From assembly GCA_051294375.1 (NCBI GenBank), contig CM119263.1:17880628-17944627 (forward strand): a DNA stretch of 64,000 bases, given 5' to 3'. The DNA is from Paraspadella gotoi. Lineage: Eukaryota > Animalia > Chaetognatha. The stretch's first letter is position 1. Each line of letters begins with the position of its first letter. Position numbers and translations under genes: made by a program. The notes under the pieces were generated by a model. That model did not search any database and was not told the origin of the DNA. It saw only the letters and a program-made list of their open reading frames with translations. Below are positions 28,810-40,788 of this stretch, in pieces.

Positions 28810-28972
28810 TAATTAATTAATTATTATCATGTTCTCTGTACTGTAGGGTTCGAAAAAGGACACAAAGTGGCTGATCTTCTGTTTATCTTTGGGTTTTGCC
28901 TCGATCGTGACTTTGGTGATGTCGCTTTGCATCTACAAAAGCGCAGCCAGCAAAATGGAAGGAAATAAGTAG
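28318..28972 (+). CDS. Candidate 78-aa single-pass membrane microprotein (exons 28318-28428, 28847-28972)
   Basis: MMNFQVSFQGFWVLNFAVCLLSQLCEA-KESTNEDAFE|GSKKDTKWLIFCLSLGFASIVTLVMSLCIYKSAASKMEGNK*. Signal-peptide-like start, phase-0 gt...tag intron, ~22-aa hydrophobic helix. Confidence 0.45.
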
Positions 28973-30028
28973 AAGTGTAAGAGTAATAGCAATGTTTTTT
29001 TAAATTTGCATTTTTTTTCTCGGAATTTTTCCTTTTTGGTCATTATTGTTTCAAAATTTATTTCTGACAATCTCCTTGAATTGCCGCCTCCGAATGAAGT
29101 TTTTCAAATAAAATTTTGTCATCGTCATAAAGAAATAAATTTATTTAAATTCAATAGCGTGTTTAAGTATTGAATTCCTTGCTTAAAAAGCTTGATTGAA
29201 AATGTCGAGTTTAAACATTCTTTTAAACTACATACTTTAATCTGCAAGTAACTCTGTCTCATATTTCATTGTAAAACTCCCTGGTCACTTCGCGAATTTA
29301 ACAAAATGAGAATAGAACAGGATCTGTCTGGAATAAACTAATATATATAGATAATCTTATATATATCTATCAAATTTTAAAAAGATGACAAATGAGTTTA
29401 TGTTTTAATCTTGTTGATGATTTATTGCATGAAGATTTTTTACAATGTACATACCAATTTCATACCATAATTTGTAGTTCCTCCATCAAATTTCTCTCTA
29501 CCTTTTGTTTTTTTTTATTAATGATAGGATTATAACGCCACTGTCGGATATTGAAGTAGGCGAAACAAATTCAGAAATCTTTTTTTACATACTTTATTAT
29601 ATACTTTATTATTACATACTTTATTATATTCTTTCTATTTGAGCTATTTAAAAGCATACAAATGTGGCGAAATTGTCGATTTTAATTTACACCAGTTTTT
29701 CGATGCAGTTTTTTTTTCTTTTATTTAATTAAATTTTACTTACTTGAACGACGAGCAACAGCAAATGCACGAAAAAAATTTAAAACAGAAGTGACAAACC
29801 GAATAAGAGTTCACGACAAGATTCAAAATTTATTTTATGTCGTCAAAGAACGCTGTAAGAAATTCTACGCATGCAATGTTTTAAACTATTCAAACAATTT
29901 TCTATCATGAAGTTTGCTCACTGAGTATATTTCGCTACTGAGAAACGATCCGGAACTTTTTTAATTCTTTTTTTTTTTTTACACTCGGTTGAAATAAATT
30001 AACGCATGTTTATCGGGACGCTTCCGAA

Positions 30029-31977
30029 TCAAACGTACGTGTCGCACACGTGCATCTGCGTGAGCGACTCGACTTGCAGAGTCGCAGGGACTATGGTTCG
30101 TCTTTCAGAGATAGTTCTTAAGACGGTCCCGTTTCTTGTGACCGTCTTGGCGTGCGATGTTGACGACGGAGACGACGACGAAATCGGTGAAAGTTTGTTT
30201 CCGGCGTCGATTTGTGAACGAAGCGGAGACGAGGGATGATGACGGTCTGATTCGCCGGAGATTTGACTTTCCTCTGAAAGCGGTAATTTAAATTATCAAT
30301 GATTTTTCACTTGAATCGTATTCATATATCGAAATGACTTTACTAGTTTACCTATAATCATGTTTATAAATTATTAAAATTATGGATACTGAGCTTATTG
30401 ATAATTTATTGACGGACCTGTTGTGCTTTCTCTTTCAAATCGAATCTCCTGATCGCGTTCGTCTTTTCGACGCCGATGAAAAAACTCTGCTCCTACGTTT
30501 ACGACAATCTCCGATGGCGTCGTGGTCCAGATTCCGGCGCCGCACGAGCGTCTCTTCGACAATCCGCTTGCTTCGACAAGGATTTCCGGCGACGAAACGC
30601 CAGCGCCCGAACGACGCCGCTTCGCCTTAGATAAAGCGTCAGGAGACGGACTTGCCATCGTCTCCGATGAGAAACTGGCCGCTCCTTTAGCGTTTATACG
30701 TCCGCCCTTGTCGACTGGAAATTCGGGCAACCGACTGGATCCACTCGGCTGAGGACGACAGGGATCTTGCAGATTCCTCGGAGGATTACGGTTGTGGGCG
30801 TGGCGACGCCGGGGGGAGCTGGAGTTGGGATTGGAATGACGGGGGGAAATCGAATTTACGTCGAGGAGGCAGGAGAAGCGGGAGGGTCCAACGAAGACTT
30901 CCCCGGAACCCGGATCGTTGAGTCGAAGATTGGAAGCGGAACCAAGAACGTTGTCAACGCCAACTTTGCGGTGCAATTCCGCCCCGACGCTGGCGGACAT
31001 TCGTCGCCCTAAATCGCCCACGCCGCCTGCACCGCCGCCGCTGAACGCCTCGTAGTCAGCCGCGGAGCAAAAGACAGTGGATCGATGCTTGAGTTTGGCG
31101 GATCGCGTCTGCTCCTGCAGCTGACGGTAGTTGTGCCGCGAGATGACGCGAAAGGCCGTTTTCGGTCTGCAAACGGAAATTACTCATGTAAGATTATTTG
31201 TAATACGTGTAACAACGTGTAACATATTGTTTATGGTACGTGTAACAAAGTAATATTGGACGCCACCTGTCGCAACTGTTCCCGTCTTCCTCCTTCGCTC
31301 TAAACTGCGCCGCCGCTGCTTCAGCCGCCGCTGCTTCAGCCGTCCCGGGAAACGCGACGCCGTTTACTTCTCGTCCTTCACCGAGGTATCGCGCGGCGTA
31401 GTCGTGGCGAGATGCTACCGTAGCGGCGGTGGCGGCGCTGACGGTGACGATAGTTCGAGCGTCGCATCTCAACGGTTTCTTCCTTCTGGCGCTGGAAAAC
31501 CAGCAGCACCGGCGGAGGCCGCGTCGGCAGGCGATGGCTAGATCGCCGACTCCGCCGCCGCGAACGCCGGATTCGTCCCGCGAATCCCCACTGCTTTCGG
31601 AAATCGTCTCGGCACCGGAGGAAGAGGCGTAGCTGAGCCGATTTGCCGGCTGACGCCCACTGCCGATGGGTTTCCGGTTGGCCGGTCGAGCCGGTGAGGG
31701 CGGGGAAATCGAGGTAGGGCGAGGCGGCGGGAAGGCGGTCAAGGCGGCGGAATGTTGGAAGGAAGGGTGATCGGCTGGGAAGGAGTACTGAGAAGGGCGG
31801 AAGGAGAGGAGGGAAGGGCGAAGGATTTCAGGGTGGTCGTGGAGATCCGACTTCGTCGCCACAGTCGACGAGGATTTGGAAGGCGGCGTCGATTGGAGAT
31901 CTTCGATCTTCGCCTCCAAGATCTTTAATCGAGTCTCCGTCTTTTTGATCGCCTAAAGTTGGGATGATAATGAGTAA

Positions 31978-32056
<79 letters not shown>

Positions 32057-33819
32057 TTCTTGAGTCTGGCGTTCTCTTCAACGAGGCTCTCCTCCGTGGA
32101 GACGCCGGAATCCGAGTCTGCCAGAGACGCGGACCGCGAAGAGGCCGTCCGCACGGCAAAGGGACCCGTACGACCGGACATCGACCCGGTACGAGCGGAC
32201 AAGGTGCCCGTCTGGTCTCTTTTGTCGCGGTCTCGGAACCATCGGATAATTTTGGGCAGAAAGAGAGAGTTTTGCACGACGAAGGAGCTGTTGATGTGGA
32301 GAGAAAGGATGGAAAAGACCCGTTTTACAAACAGTTTTTTTAAATTTTATCACTAATTGTAAACAAAGAAGTGGACAAAATTATTATACTCCTCTATTCG
32401 CTGACTTACCAAATAATCACCCCTACTGCGACGCACATGTCAGTGGCCCACGGCCATTTGGGAGATAAAACTCCGCTGATCGAAATTATGGTGGACGTCA
32501 CGATGGCCGAAGTCGCAACAGAAATGAGAGCCGCCTTAAACAGAAAAATTAAATGTAAAAAACGATGACAAAAACAAACCAAAAACTGTAAAAAATACTG
32601 TAAAAAACATTAAAGTTTAAACAATCTAATCCTAACCTTGGACTCGTCCTCGAAAGGCTGAGGCGCTCCCCTGAGAGACCAGGCGACGATGAGCGTTGCC
32701 AGAAGGAGCGCCGAGTGGAGTAGGAGGAGCAGGGACGACCAGAGCGGAAATAGAGGTGAGGAGCAGGAAGAAGGGGAAAGAGAAAGGGGATCAAGGCCTG
32801 CAAGAGAAGAATAGTTATTGTGTTAAAATATATTCTAAATTGACTAAGACTTACCCAAAACTTCCAACCCACCTGCCCACAATCCCAGCAGCGTCAAATC
32901 CAGCGCCAACAGCACCGCCAGGCGACGCAGGAGATGCCCGTCGCTGATGACGACGCGTTTGACGGAAGGATTGTCGAAGATTTTGGAGACTCTCCATGAT
33001 TTGAGGAGCAGGGCGCCGAAGGTCACGGTTGCAGAGAGGGAGAGGAGCCAAGGAGTAGCCTGTAGGTTTTTGAATTTGTTTAGACGCTTAAACATTATTA
33101 GATTAAATAGAATAAATAGATCAAAAACCTAAAGGAAACGTACATAACTTGACTTCTTCCTCGTTTAAACTTAAAATCAACTCGCCCTTCATCGACATTT
33201 TTTCAAATGCACATCGATCGAATTTCTCACTTCCCCCCGATCGCCCTTTATCTCACCCGGCAAGCGGCGAGTCGCGCCGAAGAACTTTCCTGCTCCAGCG
33301 GCCGAAGGGCCAGACTTTCCGGCGCCCAACCCGGCCACATTCCGGCAGCGGCTGAGGCGGCGGCGGCGATGGCCGCGGCGAAACCGACGACGCAGCCGAC
33401 GACGACGACGGACGAAAGAATCGGCGAGGAAAGACGGACGAAGCGGCGTCGGCGGAGAAAGAGGGTGAAGGCGAGGAAGGAGAAGGCCTGGGGGCGTAAA
33501 ATGGGGGGGAGGTAGGGGGGAGGGTTAATGGTAGAATAGGAGAGAAAAAATAAGGAAGAAAGAAAGGAGGGAACAAAAGTGAATTTGAAGTGTAACGGTT
33601 TAATGGTTTAACCTCAAGTTTTATTACTACAAAATTTTCTTCTTCCCCATTTACTTGCAACATGCCCAGGGCGGCGACGACGCTAACGACGACGAAGACG
33701 ACGAATCCAGCTCGAGGATCCAGATGAGGATCATTGGTCGAGGTCAGGTTGGGTGAGGTGAGAGAGGAGGGCGATGAGGGTGAGGTAATCGAAGCGAGGG
33801 AAGGCCAAGGCTGACTCAT
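30029..33819 (-). CDS. GPR156: Class C orphan GPCR, GPR156-like (GABA-B-related, no Venus-flytrap domain), 9 exons, about 926 aa
   Basis: Exons 33819-33655, 33487-33257, 33059-32873, 32797-32637, 32534-32410, 32287-32056, 31952-31267, 31166-30418, 30273-30029, all gt-ag and in phase. Motifs: RRRFVRLSSP (ICL1), C..WLLSLSATVTFGALLLKSWRVSKIF (TM3), WAGLDPL, AWSLR..DESK, KWP..NSLFLPKIIRW (TM7), coiled coil EENARLKKAIKKTETRLKILEAKIEDLQ, C-terminus DTYV. Confidence 0.85.
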
Positions 33820-35889
33820 GATCGTTTATCGATCCTTAAGTTTATTTGATATTGATTAATTTTTTTTTTTTGAGGATCGTTGTGAATCCCCAGTGAAGAT
33901 AAAAAAAAGTTAATTGTTTTTTGTTGATGCAACGATTTTGAGTCATTTGATTTAACTTTGACTCATTTATGTTGTTCAGAGAAAGGGACTTTCACGAATA
34001 TGAATTTTTCATATTTCAAATTTCAGACTATCATTCTCTTTTAAAACTTTTCACAAATTTTTCAAACTAAAATAAAAAAGGGCGGAAGGCGGTGATAAAA
34101 ATCTGCTTCACAAACGCATGCAATTTAGTTGGTTCACAAAAAGAAATTCTAAAAAAAAACAACATATTTTCGCCGATGTTTCATAAGATGGACGCTTTGG
34201 GCCAAAGCTTGGTAGTTTGGGCTTTCATTTTTTTTCCTTGATCTTTCGTTTTTTTGGTTTTTCATTTCGAAGACGCGAAATTTGCTTCGCTTTCCAACGA
34301 TGATTTCCTGTTCCCCTGGATTTTTAAAAAATTCTGGCAGGGGATTGAGATGAGAGTGAGNNNNNNNNNNGAGAGAGAATGAAAGGTTAATTGAGAACAC
34401 ATTGGTTAGTATTTCCCTGAATAATTTAATATTTTTAAACAGATAAACGCAGTTGGTTGGGATTAATTTTAATTACATTTACGTACAATTGACTTTGAAG
34501 TTAAAAAAAATTAAATAACTAGCATGCCTTTTCATTTACTTCTTATTAGTAAAATTGAGCAAAATGCATTAGCCGATTTGCAGAAAGAAATTGAAGATCC
34601 CGAAAAGACGGGTTTGAAAACCCTGATGTCGTTCTGCCAAAATTTCGTGTTGTCTTTCCATCAAAGAGGAGCCTCACTGCGCTGTGATGTCAACGAAGAA
34701 CAAACAGAACAGATTGATATTTTGCTTGGGTGGTGGAACAGAGACAAGGTGATGCAAGGCTTCGTATCGTATATTATAATACGTCGTGAAAAGCATCGAA
34801 ATGGGAAGAAGGAAGTAAAATTTGAAAACAAAAATAAACTCGTTTTATTCTGGCGAATAAATTAGATGAGAAACTCCATTTAAAAATACTTGACAAGGAA
34901 AAAATTCAAGTCCGGCGTTGGATTTTTTAGCGGATCTTTCCGATTCGATCCAACGCGCGAGCGATAAATCGTGAAGTTAGTTAATCGAAAGTCGGGAGTC
35001 GGGAATCGTGTCAGCCCCGAAGTTGTTTTCAGAAGAAACGTGCGAAATAAACGAAAAAGTGGAGAGAGTGTGAGTCGCTTTTTTTTCCTCTCTTTTTTTT
35101 TTCAATTTGGTTTCATTTTTTCCCCCGAATTTTTTTTTCCTTTTCCTCCCACTCGGACAAACAAACCGGGAGCTTCTTTGTCGTTGTTGTGTTTTTTTTT
35201 CGTCGTCATCGTCGTCGGCGTTTATGTTCCCGTCATTTCTGTCGTCGTCGTCGTCATACCGTTTTTTATTGGCTTCTTCGTCTTCCTCTTTGCTTCAGCG
35301 GTCGTCGGATTCTGTTGTTGTCTTCGAAGTCTCATCCCTTTGTTTCTTTCGCACGTTGAGTCATAGGCTGAGAAGCTGAATGTACAACAAGAACGTTAAT
35401 AATAATTAACTAATAAATATTGATTTTAAAACTTCGAGGGTACATCCCAAAAAGTATTACCAACTTCGAGTCAGGACGTGTCAAATCAATGCTTATCTTA
35501 ATTGTAACGAACTTTTTTGAAGCTCGGGGTGTCGAAATTAGATACCCAGACAAAGAGGCGGCTTGTTCGACCTTCGCTTTTCTTACAATCTTAGCCTCGA
35601 TATAACCTCTTCCATATTCCTAGGGATACGGTTGAAAACAAACCAAAAAAAAAAAAAAAAAAAACACCCTCGTTCAATCCGAACGCGAAAAACGCCGCCG
35701 CGTTTAACCAATCAACGGCGAAGAAAATCGCTTCGTTTTACGTTTAAACGCCAATCGGAAAAGCTGAAGCGATAAACGTTCGATCGGCGGCTCAATAGAT
35801 CGCAGGGGAGAACCACATCGGCTTCAGTCAGGAATTCTTCGGATCTCATATTTACAAAGAAGGATTTTGTTTACATCCGAGATTCGGAT

Positions 35890-36150
35890 ACGGCGAGAGT
35901 CGATCGTCGAGAGTCGATCGGCGAGAGTCGATCGGCGAGAGTNNNNNNNNNNGAGGTTTTTAGCCAAATGATACGGATTGCTTCGGTCTTTTCAAAAAAT
36001 GAGATTTGGAACGGTTCGGAATTGATTGCCGATGGGTCGATGTGGGGCAAATCAAAATCATCAATGAATGAATGAATGAATGAATGAATGAATGAATGAA
36101 TGAATGAATGAATGAATGAATGAATGAATGAATGAATGAATGAATGAACA
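35890..36150. repeat. Short GAGTCGATCGGCGA tandem repeat at a gap plus (GAAT)n microsatellite at 36062-36148
   Basis: Directly visible. Confidence 0.9.
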
Positions 36151-36991
36151 GATAAATTGAATTGATTCATAAGAGTCGTTATGATGAGCTTCGTTTTCTA
36201 AGATTCATCATCTCAGAGGTGAAACTCGAGTTTCGCCTGCTTTCAATTCGTACGAGACTTCAATGATAAAGTCTTTTCGAGGCTGTTAGGGGAAAAACCT
36301 TGCCGACCCCCTAAAAGTCCTAAAGTCCCTTAACAAATAGATAAATAATATAAGGTTAGTTGAATAATTTCTTCAAAAGTTTCCTCCAGAGTTACGTAGT
36401 CAGTCCACGAACATTCGCCTCGAACCCTCGACTTTACAGTCTAGTCTCGAAACTGCTTGTCTCGCCCGTTCGTCGTCGTCGTCGTCGAAGTCGGATTCCC
36501 GACGATCTTTGAAAGTTGGGAACACGACAGTGACGGATCGATGACGACGACGACGACGACGAAAAAGAACAAAACTTCAATGGAAGACGATGACGTCGAC
36601 GACGAAACCTAAAACGATGGAGACGACGACGATCACGACGACGATCACGACGACCGAGTGGACGCGGAAGACGAAAAAGACTTGAGGCGAAGCACCGGGC
36701 TAGAACGACCGAAAAAAAAAAAAGGCCAAAGATTTTCCCATGTGTTTTATATTTATGTGTTTATATTTATGAACTTCAATGAGTTCATTCATATGAGAGC
36801 GGAGGTGTGATTTGAGAAAATTGGGAAAAGAGGAGAGAGAGAGAGAGATGGAGAGTAGGAGAGAGAAAAAAAATTGGCAACGAAAATGAGAAAAGTTTCG
36901 TTTGGTTGCGCTGAAAATGAAGGCTTGAGGGGATACGCCATCGTGGAACCAGGATGCTAAATGAAAGAAAAGGGGAGAAACGAAAGAAAAA

Positions 36992-37031
<40 letters not shown>

Positions 37032-39180
37032 ACAAAAGAAAGAAAGATAGAAAGAAAGAAAGCAGGAAAAAATAAACGAACAAACGAAAGAAAGAAGAGA
37101 GAAATAAAAAAAATAAAGAACAAAAGAAAGAAAGAAAGAAAGATAAATTATGAAAAATGAAAAAATCAATCTCCAAATATATATTAAAAATAGTTGAAAA
37201 AATTATAGCTACGAACAATTTAAAAATTACATAAGTTTGGGAATTTAAATTTCCACTAAATCGATTTTTTCATTCGAGAAAACTATGAAGACATTGTCCA
37301 ATTCGATTTTGATCAAAGTTCTATAACAAATTTTAATAAACTTTCTTGACAAATTGTGACACAACGACACAACAAAACGAATCGTACCGAGTTGGTGTGG
37401 AATTTCGAATCCACTTTTACATATTTAATTTTCATCTGAAATTTAAAAATTATTTTCTCCAAAATTCTTTAAAAAACAAAACAAAAAACAAGAGGAATTT
37501 GTATTGAATTAATACAGAAAAAAAAAGGATTTTTAAAAATGAAACAAAACTATCCCGGTCGTTGCATAGGCCATTTGATTAGGGATATTAACCTTTTTAA
37601 AAGCTGCTCGCCTGATGTTTGTTTTGGAGTCGGGGAACACGTTTTTTTTTTGCCGGCGATGTGAGGATAAAGATGATGATGATGATGAGGAGGAGGATGA
37701 CGGTGAAAAACGCGAAGAGAAAAAAAAAATTCAGGTGAAAGATGATTTGAATGACGACGATGATGTTAACGACCAGTATAATAAAATGAAAAAAAAATTA
37801 TGAAGGTGATGGTTATGATGACGAAGATGACAAGGACGCCTTAGGAGATGGAGTTTGATTTGTTTGGCAATGATGACAGTGGTGATGATTCTTTCTGTGG
37901 TCGCGGTGGTAGCGATTTTTGGCGCTATACGTGGTGATGGTTTCACTGGTGGTTATGGAGTGGTCAAAATGGGACCAGGGTCCGTTCCATGGCTGCTACA
38001 GGGGGTTAAAGAAGTGGATAGCTCTCTTCATCCCCATTTAGCGCCTTCTACACACTGGATTGAAAATTGTTGCATGTGAGGTATGTTAATGTTTTTTTAA
38101 AAATTATTTGAATAAAAGAAAAAAAAATCCCGCTATTTATCATTTTCAATGCGACTCTTTCAAAAATTTATTATCTTTTGTCTTAATTTCAGTCGACGCC
38201 GAGTGCCCGAGAACCAGAGTCATCTTTCGGCAGTAAATAATAATTTTTATATTGGTTGTACCAATTTCATTATCTTTTCGCCTTTTGTTTAGAATTTCAC
38301 TCTCTGCGTGTTCATTAAGTCACATACAGACTGTCACACTAAATTCCTCATTTTGGTTATTTCTTTAATTTCGTTTCATCTACTGATTTTACCGAGTTTG
38401 CGAAGGCAAGGACAATCATTTGTCAAATTGTTCAAATGTTCAGTGATGGTACAATTTTCTTTGCGTCATTCCTCTTTCTTGACGTTTACCAGAGATCTTT
38501 CCCGAATTGCGGTGAAGGAGAAAGAGGGGGAAGGTGAAAGGAGGAGGGGAAAAAGGGAGATGCGATCTCTTCCGTTTTACTCCCACACAAATCTTCGACG
38601 TTTGGATCCACACATTTTTTTTTAACCCCGGATGTGTGGGTCTGACTTCATTCTGCGCCTCCTTCTCGATTTCTTTTTCTTTCGTTTTCATATCCCCTTT
38701 TTTTTTCGCTTTTACTTTTTTCCAGTATTTTTGTAAGTCTTTTTTGGTTTCTCTTTTTTCTTTATTTCTTGGTTTCTTTTGATTTCGATTTAAATACTTT
38801 TGTCGCCACTGGTTTCAACAGTTCTTTCAAGTATTACAAGTATTACGTATTATTCTTTCAATTCGAAAAAAGGTTCAATTAACCTTTTGTAACCGGTTTT
38901 CATGCACTTCATTCTCAGAGTTAATAAACTCGTCTAGGGGGACGCTGGAGACGGAGTTAAACTGTAAGTAGGCGAAAATATTAGTTCTCAATCCAGTTTG
39001 CGGCGTTGATTCTGATTTGATGATTGAAAGTCTGCTCTAGCTTTTTAAAATTGCGTCCTACGTTTCAAATTTTAATAAAATCGCCCCAAAAAACCTGATA
39101 TTGTTATTTAAGACTATAAATTTTTTTTTTCTTGGAAGCGTACGTAAGATTTATTGGGATTATTTATTTATTTATTTATT

Positions 39181-39212
39181 CGAAGGCTTGTAGCTAAGCC
39201 GAAACATGTCCG
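39181..39212 (+). ncRNA. 5'-truncated minimal hammerhead motif
   Basis: GAAGGCTT-GTAGCT-AAGCC-GAAAC-ATGTC. The CTGAT part is replaced by (TTTA)n. Confidence 0.5.
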
Positions 39213-39389
39213 TTTTTTTTAAAATAAACCGTTGTTGAAAATTAATTTCAAACTCTTCTAGTATTTTTAACTATAAATGAATCACCTTGCGCCGAGTAAG
39301 AAAGAAAGGTATATACGGAATCAGAACGAGTTTTTTTTTTCGGGCTCCACGAGACATGATTATGTAAAAAAGAGGATGAATTAAAGAAG

Positions 39390-39730
39390 AACAAGTTTGA
39401 GCAAACTTTGGCGGATCTGCCCACGATCATTAACAGTGAGCAGCTGATCAGATAATTAATTAATTAATAAATAGTAATTAAATAATTAATTAATTTATTT
39501 TTATATTTTTTTCTTTTCATAGTGAATGTAAATGCCCACGATCATTAGTGGGAAGCAGATGATCAGATAACTAACAAACGGACGGACGGACGGACGGACC
39601 TACAGACAGACTGACGGACGGACAGACATCATTTTGTTTGCATAATTTATCATAATTTGATGTTCTGACCAGATCTCAGTGAATGACCGACAAAATTGGG
39701 GGGGCGGACCGACAAAGTGAATTATACAGC
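39390..39730. mobile_element. Helentron-associated/DINE-1-like non-autonomous element with (GGAC/AGAC)n; related segments at ~40060-40120 (inverted) and 63555-63990
   Basis: Shared aacaagtttg..caaac....cggatctgcc.acgat..tta and ggacggacagaca..ttt..gcataatttatc with the 63555-63965 copy. Confidence 0.5.
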
Positions 39731-40788
39731 CGGAATCTGCTGTAAGCAGAGTAAGAAAGTAAAGGCAAAATGCTCATAGTAGAGAAAGTAAGAGACAAAT
39801 CCTTCTCGTAGGAAGGAAAAGTTAAATAGACGGAAAAAAAAGGGAAAAAAATGTACAATCACTAAAGTGATTTACAATAATATAACACAAAAGACAGAAA
39901 GAGAGATCAAAAAAAAGAAATAAAGTAAGAAATAAGTTATAATGGTAAAATGAAAAAAGCAATCAAAAAGAGAGCACTTGATTAAAAAAAAGTATTTATT
40001 ACGGTTATAACTTAAAGATTAGATAGAATAAAGATTGTAAGAATAATTATAACTTATCAAGTTATCATCTTATTAGCTGCTAAATTATGGGATCCGGCAA
40101 TGTTTGCTCAAACTTGTTTTTTTTTAAGTTCAAAGACGTTGACAAATCGACTTTTTATTCTGCTTTAGTGATTGTAAATCACTTTAGTAATTTTAAATCA
40201 CTTAACCGCTAAAATTGTACAATTTTTTTTCCGTCTATATAACCTTTCGTTCCTACTAGGAGGATTTGTCTCTTACTTTCTCTACTATAAGCATTTTCCC
40301 TTTATTTTCTATAGAAATTTGCTCTTGCTCTTCAACAAAATAGCCATTTCTTTTAGAAATTTTTATTATCTTAAATCTTTTTTTGATATTTTTTAATAAA
40401 TATTTTTTTCTTATTCTATTTTTTTTAAATTATATTTCTTATTCTATGTTTTGATCAAAGAATTTTATTCATATGTCATATATCAAAACTAAAATAATAT
40501 TGTTTTGATTTATAAATATTTTTGCTATTACTAAAATGTTATAAGTGCCGCAGTAACAGTTCCCTTTAAGCCCTTGAAAGTGATTTACAGGTATTGGCGC
40601 AGCCACTGGTTTTTTTATCACTGTTTAATAATCTTTTCTGCGAACAAAGTTTCTTCTATTAAAAGACAGAAAAAAATTTATTAAAAAAAAAACAAACAAA
40701 AAAAAAAAACAGAAATAACATTGTGTTTTGATCCTCGTCAATCGTCATCCTTCTCCTCGGAGGAGGACGCAGTTTTCTTCAAACGGAA

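Larger units (their letters stand above)
25344..31900 (-). repeat. Copy 3 (inverted) of the block; most intact and contiguous with the rest of the GPCR gene
   Basis: Reverse complement of copies 1 and 2. All reconstructed reading frames are open only here. Confidence 0.9.

Noticed and set aside
34524-34865. 113-aa ORF / possible exon (SKIEQNALADLQKE...GWWNRDK)
   Set aside because: Isolated, with no recognisable motif and no compatible flanking exons.
35461-35619. Minus-strand 159-nt ag/gt-bounded open segment (EYGRGYIEAKIVRK...DLTRPDSKL)
   Set aside because: Neighbouring candidate exons contain stops or are out of phase and no family is recognised, so no gene could be built.
37855-38235. 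Hydrophobic 74-aa ORF with nearby splice-like sites
   Set aside because: Derived from GAT/GGT-rich low-complexity sequence, no clear start, and stops before the donor.
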